Assembly (NCBI GenBank): GCA_000320545.1
Contig: ADNK01000077.1
Location: 1-33,861, forward strand
Reading direction: 5' to 3'
DNA from: Bigelowiella natans CCMP2755
Taxonomy: Eukaryota > Protista > Cercozoa
DNA: 33,861 bases
The position numbers and the translations under genes are program-made. Shown here one piece after another: positions 24,117 through 33,861 of this stretch (positions within the stretch are counted from its first letter, which is position 1; each line of letters starts with the position of its first letter). Below the pieces are notes generated by a model. The model was not told the origin of the DNA. It ran no database searches and saw nothing but the letters and a program-made list of their open reading frames with translations.

Positions 24117-24870
24117 GAGACCGTGATAACAACTACCTGTACTGGGAGGTAGGAATGCGTAAGATGGCACTGACTCTTTACTATGCTAACACAAAGTAGA
24201 TACCCCTTATTATCCTTTTCCTATCATCAGCAGCAGCAACACCTTCGTTTTCCTCACCATCACCATCGTCGTCGCCATCATCATCATCGTCATTATTGCA
24301 TCGCTCCTTGCAGCCTGCTGGATTTATAATCACGTGCTCACTTCTCATCTACTCACGCCATCAGATATGTCCCTCGAACGCTTGTATTCGATAAGAATTC
24401 GGGGATGTTTCGCACCGAAGACTGCGTTACGGGCGAGACCAGGAAGAGCTTTCTCATTAAGGATATACGGGAAGTGCGGCTCAATCTAGCCGCAAACTCT
24501 GCGAAGATTATTTTCCACAATAAGTCGCAGCGCCCGTACGAACTCTGCTTCTCGAAGGGCGAGCGTCATCTCCGGCGCTTTGGGCGGTTGGCTCGGGGGC
24601 TCCTTGGCGAGAGCGGCCTGAAGGAGGACGTGCTAGACTTGCGGCGCCAAGGCTCAAAGAGCCACGAGTTTCTCATCACGAAGATGAATAAGTTTGGCCG
24701 GTTTGTAGAGCGGCTCCTCGTCGTCAACGAGAAGACCGGCAGCTTCAGTAACTGCAACGCGATCACACGCGGGGTGAAGAGGGAGTTCGCCAAGGGCGAA
24801 ATTAAGGGTGTCAATTTTAAGTTCAGGTGATTTTGGCAGATAGCGGCCTGTGCTCAGAATCTCACCCCCC

Positions 24871-24933
<63 letters not shown>

Positions 24934-26219
24934 TGTGTGTTCTAAGTGAGCCGGAAATCTAAATCATATCTCTCGATTTGTCCTTCACTTTTTGCATCGT
25001 CCTCATTCTTATCCATTGCCTTGAAATGCGCCTCACACGTCTCCCCCACTACCACCCCAGCGACTTAGAGGTGCGGCTAAAATTCAAGGAGAAGTCCCAG
25101 CGAACCTACTTCCTCCGTTTCGAAGATTTCAACGAAATGACTCGCTTCCTAGACGTCGCACGTTCTGTAGTCGGTGCTCGGTCAGTCGTACAGGTGGAAG
25201 GAGACACCAACTCCGAGGCGCAGCTCCTCGCGGACAGCTTGTCTGAAACATATTCGTTTAAGGTGAAGAAGGGCAATAAGTATGGCGTGCTGCAAGCGCG
25301 GGAGGTCATCATTGACTTCTCGTCGCAGACGTTTAACAACTACAATTCCGCCGGGCGGCTCAAGAGCTACTGCGACTTTGTGGACATCAAGCTGGTGCGG
25401 CGCCGGTTCAACTCTCTGGCGAGCGACTTCCGAATCCACCTGTACTTCGAGGACAGCACGCTCTACGACTTCAAGCTCAAAACCCAAGTTGAGGCGATGG
25501 AGATGGCGAACCAGCTGCATCGTGCAATGAAAGCGGTGGCCGGCCAATCCAAGAAAGGGGCGCGTGGGCCGAGGAAACAAGACGGGGGGAAGGAGATCAC
25601 AGCTAGTGCCGAACGGTTAGAACCAATATCCGAGATCAAAACTGAGAATTCGGCCGGTAGCTCCCCTCCAACAGCCAGGAAAAGCGGCACTAATTTCATG
25701 GGCATGAGGCGCAGTGGTCTCCAGCGGTTCACCGTGAGGAAGGGGAACAAGTACGGCGCGCTGCAGAATCGCGAGATTGTGCTCGACTTCCAATCGTCGA
25801 TCCTGGAGAACTTCAATTCCAAGGGCAGGTTGAAGAGCTACTGCTACTTCCATGATTTGAGGCTCGTCCGCCGGAAATTCCAGCCAAAGAGACAGAACTT
25901 CCGCATCCATGTCTACTTCCTCGACGGGAGCGTGTACGACCTAAAGTTTGAGACCAGGGACGAAGCTGTGGAATTTGGGGAACAGTTGCACGTAGCCATG
26001 GCGCAGGTGAAGGGCCAACCGTCGAAAGGCAGAGGGGGGCCGATCAAAAATGTCACAGCAGAGAAAAATGAGAGTCGCAAGTCGCTGCCTTCAATATCGT
26101 TGTTGGGGATAGGTGATGAAGGTGAGGGCGACCTAGAGGAGGAGGAGGAGGAGGAGGAGGCAAAAGGCAGCACTTCAGCACCGATACAGAATAAAGCCAT
26201 TCCTCTCTTTCAAGTGTGA
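12696..26219 (+). CDS. Large membrane protein: truncated polycystin-1-like TM region + disordered linker + six PH-like repeats (about 28 exons; one exon ends in an in-frame TAG)
   Basis: Exons are phase-consistent from 13306 to 26219. TM region: NSIFILLLCVIGVYLLLMIWAFKVD (13306-13396), KHIWISIFLRPEGDW|FNSKQRLTGLLLLIINTII (13947-14033, 14232-14289), ISWIVMTNLLVFPVPFFVFKLF (14765-14838), GYIVAWLWIGFGLYF, DKWVLTIVE|TSLTDILSRLVTSFLATCFF. These resemble the PKD1-family H-x-W-x-S-x-F-x-R-P...F-T-R-x-Q-R and L-I-V-F-P motifs. Terminal exons are 21221-23711, 23923-24033, 24365-24826 and 25061-26219. The first 2-3 exons are tentative. Confidence 0.8.
14068..14146. repeat. (TA)n intronic microsatellite, one example of many (others at ~542-570, 2713-2761, 3193-3240, 13606-13638, 16929-16962, 19095-19143, 23822-23861)
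   Basis: Directly visible. Confidence 0.95.
22348..26000 (+). repeat. Six protein-level PH-like domain repeats in three pairs
   Basis: Repeat starts: WKVHKINKRGKRQLRFLVID (22348), FKVVKTNRRGKRQNRVLKYD (~22723), FDVEKRDKIGRYVPRTLVFD (~24002, split by an intron), FLITKMNKFGRFVERLLVVN (~24669), FKVKKGNKYGVLQAREVIID (~25257), FTVRKGNKYGALQNREIVLD (~25728). Each ends with a [FY]-x-[LFI]-x-[FL] strand followed by an amphipathic helix. Confidence 0.85.
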
Positions 26220-26234
26220 TCAAATAACGCAGCT

Positions 26235-26825
26235 TACCCGACCATGAGATACGCGTCAGCGATGTAAATGCCGGCTAGTTCCATCAAGGCCGCTCCTTTG
26301 CGGCTCACTTCTGTGTCACAGAGTGTTTGTTTCTGCGTCGAATTCCATCCCATGCACATGATGTACAGCATGCCATCGGACAGGTTGCTTCCATAACCGA
26401 GCAATCCTAGATGTGCATTGATCAATCTGTGCAGCCTAAGCCATGCTAGCATGTGTGTAGCTGGACGGGTGCGCAGTGCAACGTGCAATCATGGACACAG
26501 CTAGACAGTGCATGTGCCGCCACACGTGCAGTGTGTGCATTGTGCACGTGCAAGGCATCAGCACCACGCTAGCACGTGGTCAACCACACAATGAATTACA
26601 TCGTTCGCACGTGCAACCAACTAGACCAAGTGAGCACGCACCAGCCAGAGCCGTGCCAGCGTGGCACATCCACAGACATGCCAGCATGCTGGCACGGGCA
26701 TGCACGGCCACGTGCCTGTCGGCCTGGGCACGGGTGTGCGTGCTCTAGCAGTGCACAAACTTCCAAACGTTTAAAAGCTAGCACCCGATGATTTAGGCAA
26801 TTCTCGGCTAGCCACGTGGACACTC
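26235..26825. repeat. Palindrome-dense intergenic tract 3 with six CACGTG copies
   Basis: Palindromes catgctagcatg (26442-26453), tgcacgtgca (26543-26552) and tgccagcatgctggca (26679-26694). CACGTG near 26523, 26545, 26573, 26608, 26709 and 26813. Confidence 0.75.
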
Positions 26826-26949
26826 GAAGAGGTTCAGTCTTCGGATCCGACGCCGTGGTTGCCGGAGCGGAGAGAGCAGCGAGGCCATGATCGGAGTGGG
26901 AGAGGGGCAAAGCCTCGCCACTTTCTTTCATTGAGAGGAAAGGATTCCA

Positions 26950-29945
26950 ATGATGCACCGACAAAGCCTCTCAACGATGGTCAGCGAAGGCTTCACGCTG
27001 AACTCCTCCACACAGCCGTGCAGTCAAGGAAGAAGAGGAGGTGAGAATGATTTTGGGCAAAGGTCGTTTTTAAACATTTAGTGTTTTCCAACGTTGTCGC
27101 AGGATCGAAACGGATCATATTTCTCATTTTCCCGCTGATTTGAATTTTCCTCGAATCTTCCTTTCCGTCCCCCCCCGAAGTTCGAGCACAAGCGCGGCCT
27201 TTGACCTCCCATGTAATGCGTGAATATTATTTCGGAGAACTTAGATATCTGTACGGGGGAGGGGTGTGCATCCTCGGGAAAATGCGAAACTGCTTGCGTT
27301 TTGTTTGCAGGGAGAACCATGAAAGGAAGAGACCTGTGGGTCTTGTTTCGAATCGAGATTTCCCCCTACCCGAAGAAAACAGAAGTCGAGCGCGTTTCTC
27401 AACGGTAATAAAAAGCTCCAAGAGTGCTTAACTCTTTGATGATTCCTCATAACACATGTTCAGGTGTACGATTTCTTCACAGGGAACGTTTTGATTAATG
27501 GGTAGTTGCGGGTTGCTTATGCCACTCCAACATCGCATTTAAGCTCTAGCTTTTAGGTTTGCCGGCAGTACCATTGGGACAACAATTCAGAGACTTTGCA
27601 GCGAGGTGAATAATCAATTATGTAGTCGCAATGCTTTCGATTGATGTGAGTCTTGCTCTCGCAGCATGGTTTCCGGCAAGACTCCTTTGCTTTAGTCCTC
27701 GAGCCAGAGGGGACAAGAGTCACTCCGGTGAGAGTAACAATAACTAAATTGAATAGGATAAAAATGTGATAACAGCCAGACTATGTGTATACTTGTATAC
27801 TTGTGTGCTTTGTGTGTGTGTGTGTGTGTGTGTGTCTATCACAGGCATTGTACCATAGGACGCTGGATAAGGGCAACTCCTTAAGATTCATCTCATATAC
27901 GGGTAGTCTGTGCGTTGAGAATATACATTAAAAAAAAAACCTCATATATCCTTAACGGAATGTAAATTTCGCACTGCTCGATGAAGTCAAGATAATCGAA
28001 TACCCTTTCACACACACACACGCACACACGCACGCACACCATTAATTCGGAACGATACGTTTGCATTCTGATGACACACGATTGCCGACACCTTGAAACA
28101 ACTGCTGCCCCTTTGAATAACAGATAGCGAGATGACTGTTCTGGTCGAAACGCACGACGCAAAAACTGACGTGAAAAGTATGATAATTGAAATAATAACA
28201 TTGGGCGATGGAGATTTCCTTCGGGGCGTCTCTCTGATATGGTTTTGTAATAAACAAGAACGATCATTGCCCCTCCGCGGAATAGACCCACGCAGCACCG
28301 TCAAGGAAGTCAAAGAACGACTCTTCAAAAAGTAGTGACGTAGTATCCCAATGCCATAGTCTCTTTTCTTCCTTAAATTCTCAGATTTAGTCCGCAACAT
28401 CTAGGTATCTTATTCCCCCAAATCTGGTGGAAATCGTCGATGAGCACGGTACAAACCGACACCGCGTCGCTTGCCTGCTCAGCCGTTGTGCCTTGCTAAA
28501 ATGCCCTTCCGAAATCATCATCACCAGGGAAAGAGGTTTCGGAGGAAACAAGCGTCTTCAAGTTTTTGCCAAAGGTCGGCGGTGAAGGACGCATATCAAC
28601 GCTAGAAACATCATATGCACGATGAGGGCGTTTCCCCCCTTCAATATCACTTTTTTTTGGTTTTGCTTTGGGTGCAGAATGCTCTTGGTAAGCAATGTAA
28701 AAACTACGCCGAAATCCGAGCAAGGATAAGGTGGTTCCCTTTCATTCTTGCGATCAAGCAGCAGCAAGCGACAACGATTATATAAACGGCCTAACCCGTG
28801 GCAGTTTGTGAGTATTGCAAGAATGTTCCAATAGCAAAACATCGATCTTATGTTTTCCCACGAGCGCCGTCACCGTCGTCGTTATCGTCGTTATCGTTGT
28901 AGCGGTGATGACGGTGATGATGGTGATGATGAGCGATAAAGCCTAATTCAAATAACTCCTCAGGTCGACCCCAGTATACGTCCATCCAGCCATAAAATGG
29001 AACTACTGCAGGGTACTAGAGCATTCACTCACGCGAAGTCTTCATTTACTCGATGAGTAAAACTGTTTCATCGCAATTCTCTTCCCCCCCCTCCCTTCCC
29101 CCCCTCCCCTCCCACTGTCCTACAGATGGTGCCGTGCGAGCCAACCAGCTCCATTACCAGCCTGAAGAAAGCCATTGCCGAGACCATGGTGGAGGACTTC
29201 AAAGTCAGTGCGTGCATGTATGCATGCGTCCTTAGGATAGGCTGTGACCGACAAAATCCAGCGAAATACGCAGAGATAACAAATCGCATTCGCGATGCAT
29301 ACCCAAAGCGCGCAACGTCTCGCGTCTCTTAGCGATGATGTCGCGGGGTGCAAGCCGCCAGCGCTGTACATAGCAAGCGCCCTGCTACCGAACTCATTAT
29401 CACCAAAGATGCTTTGAATACAACCTTCATCGGCACATCTGACGGAATTTTCACTCCGAAAGGGGCATAGCGCCAGCGAGATCCTTCTTCAAAAAGAGTC
29501 GAGGAGAGGTGGACCCACACTCACACGTGCTGGATATCGCTGCTCGTTTGATCGAGAATTACATTGACGATTTGACCTTCATCCTTCCCCTCACGTAAGG
29601 CCCTTTGGTGCATGAGTTTCGAGCAACAAGCACAACGATTCTCCCTCTCAATGTGAGCGATGCAGGTAGGGTGAGCCAGCAGAAAAAGGAGGGGGCAAGG
29701 CTTCTCCTCTCTCATGATTACAATCAGCACTGTGGGTTCAACGTTGCCTACCCCCCCCCTCACATATGGACATACACGTAGAAAATGGTGATGATAGCGA
29801 TTATGATGATGGTGGTGGTGGTGATGATGATGATCTTGTGAATGCTCGCGAAAACCAACGCAGGAATTGGTAGTGAGGATTGCCTCTTTGCGTACAGCAC
29901 GAAGAGGTACCAAATGAATAGGAGGAGGAAGAACAGAAGAAGAAG

Positions 29946-29985
<40 letters not shown>

Positions 29986-30462
29986 CAAAGTGTTGATGGA
30001 TGCTCTCTTACCCTCATCATTACATGTTTGAACAATGCAAGAGAACAACAAGCATATCGGTGATTTGATGCCGTGATGGTCTCCTTCTTATCAGCAAAAC
30101 CGTATCGTTACATTGCATTATTCATGTTCAGCTGTATAGTTTCACTTTAGCGTTTCCCTCTCCCCTCCCTTCCCCCACCTTCCCTCCCTCTCACGCTGTC
30201 TTTTTGTGTACGTGTTCTCATCTCCGCCGTCACATCAGGGGCGCATTCTACGCAATAGATGCCACGGTAGTCATCACATACACTTTAGTATCGCCTTGTC
30301 TTGATGGGTAAGGGGAATGTTCCCCCCAAAAGAGGCAGGAGGCTGAATTCGCTCTAATTCGTATGAGAAGAGAGACGATTGTAGATAGAGCGAGCATGGT
30401 GGAACCGAGATCAATTAGCAATTGCAATTGCATTATAAGCCTCTCGTTCTATTTTTCTCTCC

Positions 30463-30542
<80 letters not shown>

Positions 30543-31338
30543 TATCATCATCTACATGATCTCGTCCATTGGATCATCTAAATTTCCTTTCATGATTGAT
30601 TTCTTCGGCAAAACAAAAAAAGGCAACGAAGAGTCGCGAGCGCATGTGTATTTACAGTGTTTTCCCTGCCGCAAATGTGCCGCCGCAGCCGAAGCTATCG
30701 TTCTCCCTGCCGATAACCCTCGCCTATCAATGTATGCTTGAAGCGCATAGAGTATGAATTGACTTGCTTGGGAACCATCTCACAGGGGATGGATTTGAAG
30801 ATTTTCCTCCCGGAATCATCCACAGTGCGCGACCTCAAAATTGCGGTGGCAAAGAGGATGAAGAAGCAATGGTTCGGCAAAGACGCATGGGGGGAGGAGG
30901 ATGAAGACGAAACCGAGAAGAAGGCGGACGGCGGTGCCGATGTAATAGTGAGAAAGCACAAAAATAGCAGTATCTTATCTATTTTCCGATGTCGCTCAAT
31001 GCCGAATGCCAGACGCTGTTTCGGAGAAGATTGTTGTTGTTTTATTCGTTGTAGAAGCCCCGTGGATAACAGCTTCCATTCACATTATACGATGCCTGTG
31101 CGGCGCTGGCTGGAGAATACACCGATGAATCGCTGATTTGCGATGTGGATTTTTTGTCAATGCTCACGTTTTATGGGTGTTTTGCAGAGCAGCAGCTCAC
31201 ATTTCTCCCACACTTGTCCTTCTGCTACTTTGTTTGTGATGGCCTTTCACCAGGAAGGGGGGGGGGTGGAGGAGAATGATGACGACGACCCGTTTGCTTC
31301 GGCCTTTGATGATTATGAGACTGATGAAGAAAAGGTAG

Positions 31339-31375
<37 letters not shown>

Positions 31376-31391
31376 GAGGGGGGAGACAGAG

Positions 31392-31433
<42 letters not shown>

Positions 31434-32651
31434 TTCCCATGAATCGCAATCAATGAGAACCGTCAAAAGGAGATGCAGCATTTCTCAACCAATCACGCAG
31501 GAAACGATAGCTTGCATGCTCACCATCATTCGCTAATATCAATCGGGAGGAAGCGGAACTTGCCCACCAATGCCTCTAAGAACTGCCAGTGCATCCATTA
31601 AAAACACACACATTGCACTTACTCCTCTTTCCGCCCCCTCGTACGTTTCAGGAGGAAGTTGGGAAAGCTGACATCGCTAATGACAAGGCAGGGTGCAATA
31701 TCCCTCCAAAACTACTAGATGAACTTGTGGTAGTAGAGAATTTACCCGAAACCAACCCCTCCCCCATCCCCCCCAAAATTCCAAGCATTAAAACGATGAG
31801 CTTTTATCGTCTAAATACGCTGTACCTCTCCTCTGCTTCAACGTCGATTTTCACGCAATTTGCACCATCTAGGTCATCTACCACACACCGTACACGAAAG
31901 CAGCAGCGGAGCGTTCCCCCCCATTAGAGGTAAGTCAATAACACAATAAATGGCGGGAATCATAGCTCACAGCTCGATGGGGGGAAGGCTTATTGACTAT
32001 TCTCCGGGGTTGTGTGGAGAGAACAACAACGCGTCTTTCTCGCATCACGAACTCGGCCATAGTCTTCATTCCGCGAGAGGGGCATAAAAGCAGCGGCATT
32101 TGGGGGGTCTTAGTTGTAACAAGACTTCGAGCTTCACTTCCTCACAATCTGCTTTTTTTTTTTTTTTTTTTGGTTTAAACTGCACATGCACGTATGAAGG
32201 TGTGGACGCTTCCTGCGGGGTCTTTGTTGTCGCCCGGCAGCAAGGAAAACTCGTTCAATTACGAAGAATGGCTTCGGACCAGGTCGCGAAGTGTCATAGA
32301 ATAACCATGGACCTTTTCTGCAGCGTGTGCATGATTGTGGAGGTCAAATCTTGTTTGCCATTTACTTACGATGAAAATTCGTCGTTACTACTGTCACTAG
32401 CTTAAAGCCGGGTGATGCGAAGATCTTCGCTAAGGAATATCTCCAGGTTACAGTTTGCTTTTGACCGAACTTTTCATTACTTACTGCGACACAATAGACG
32501 TTATATTTGGTGGTGGTGGTGGGGAGGGGCTGCTGTTGGCTGTGGTACTACCGATTACAGTGCATCTCTGAACTGTGCCTACCTACTAGGATGAAGTCCC
32601 AGCGCTAACCGATATGATGCTTATCGAAAAAGACGATCTGCGGGTGAGTAT

Positions 32652-32696
<45 letters not shown>

Positions 32697-33439
32697 CGCG
32701 CGTATTTTGTTAAAAATATACAGCGGACAAGTTTCTGCTGTCACTGTCCTTATGCAAGCAGCATATAATACCAACATATACGGATGAATTCAGGAAGGAG
32801 TATCAAACGTTCTCGCAAGAAACAGTAAACACAGAGCCATCACACATTTCAAATTATTACATGAAAAAGAGTTCCATCTCGCTGTCGTATAGCAAAATCC
32901 GCAGCCCCCCACCCCCCCGCGCGCCCCTTTTCCCCGCGTCTCTTTCTCAATGACGGTTTTCCCAGTCGCTAATCCAGAAACAAACAACACGTCAAACCAC
33001 ATCGAAGGAATATGGAAAGCGGTGGAGGACCTGAAAGCCACGACGGGCCAGGGAGAATCGCAGCTCTACTGCGCTACTAAGGTGTTTGGATATATCACGA
33101 ATTTCGAACGCCGGTGACCTTTGGCCACGTCTGCTGCGCAATTGCCTTTCCCTTTTGCGAGAAGAAGCAGCCGCCGGCTTGCTCTCTGCCCGTCGTTTCA
33201 CGAGAATGGCCGGTGTTGGATGGGAGGGGGGGAGGGGGGGGTTGTGCTTGAGCACGCGCTGTGTTAGTCAGTCCAACAGCCATATATCTACTGTTATGCC
33301 GTCTCTGCGGTAGGTTGAGAGCGGCGGTGATAAAGGCAAATTCTTCGCAAAGCTGTTTGGCAGGTGAGGAAGAGGAAGAAGGGGGTGGAGGGCCATGGGG
33401 TCAGGTGCTGGGATGCTATGTTATATTATGTATGTATTT

Positions 33440-33478
<39 letters not shown>

Positions 33479-33861
33479 TAGTCGGGATCGTTCATGTATA
33501 CTTGTAGAACCCTGCGACGTCATTTCCCTCCTCCTCCCGCCCCCTCTCTCTCTCCCCCTTTTCCTCCTCCTCCTCCTCCTCCTCCACCTCCTATGACTAT
33601 TAACTACTTTGGAATCCACTGCTCTTTCAAGGGGAAGGTCCTCGATAGGCCATGAGGCATACCGCAATTCCAGCTTTATCATCAACGAAGAGGCTCTTGA
33701 AGGAGCGCAGTGCGGCGAAAACGCAGCCCCCAGCGATACCAAGGTATTGAGAACGATGCGGGAGTGGAGACTCATACCCCTCTCAAAGACGATGAAACAG
33801 GCATGGTGAAAATACGGATATTACAGAACTATATGTGTATATTTTAACACACACACACACA
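26950..33861 (+). CDS. Multi-exon protein with about three ubiquitin-like segments and a SAM-like domain; 3'-partial
   Basis: Ubl beta2-helix-like exons: LRGIDPRSTVKEVKERLFKK (~28259-28331), VPCEPTSSITSLKKAIAE (29126-29203), IFLPESSTVRDLKIAVAKRM (~30786-30860). SAM-like exons: AKIFAKEYLQ|DEVPALTDMMLIEKDDLR|EGVSNVLARN|RIWKAVEDLK (32401-33035). The start codon and several internal exons are tentative. Confidence 0.65.

Noticed and set aside
21242-26200. Numerous antisense and alternate-frame ORFs over the large exons
   Set aside because: These are expected shadow ORFs of GC-rich coding DNA and show no independent motifs.
603-33600. Short ORFs rich in YI, HT, ER, SL or CV dipeptides
   Set aside because: They are translations of intronic dinucleotide microsatellites.

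Overview
This is eukaryotic nuclear DNA with short GT-AG introns, most carrying (TA)n, (CA)n, (GA)n or trinucleotide microsatellites. The style suggests an intron-rich protist or alga such as a chlorarachniophyte, but that is inference only. Most entries in the ORF track are intron/microsatellite artefacts, so gene models were spliced by hand. Seven protein genes are supported: (1) a minus-strand penicillin/AHL acylase (peptidase S45) with at least 16 exons that runs off the left edge; (2) a divergent universal stress protein; (3) an intronless PAM2-motif, Ser/Tyr-rich ORF inside an AT-rich, microsatellite-free island; (4) a PA28/REG proteasome activator; (5) a small orphan minus-strand gene; (6) a ~13.5 kb gene joining a truncated polycystin-1-like membrane region, a long disordered linker and six PH-like repeats, with an in-frame TAG at the end of one exon; (7) a gene with about three ubiquitin-like segments and a SAM domain that runs off the right edge. 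Three 0.6-0.8 kb tracts dense in palindromes (CTAG, CATG, TGCA, AGCT, CACGTG) lie just downstream of the three + strand genes that end in the window. All family calls come from motif recognition by eye, not database searches.
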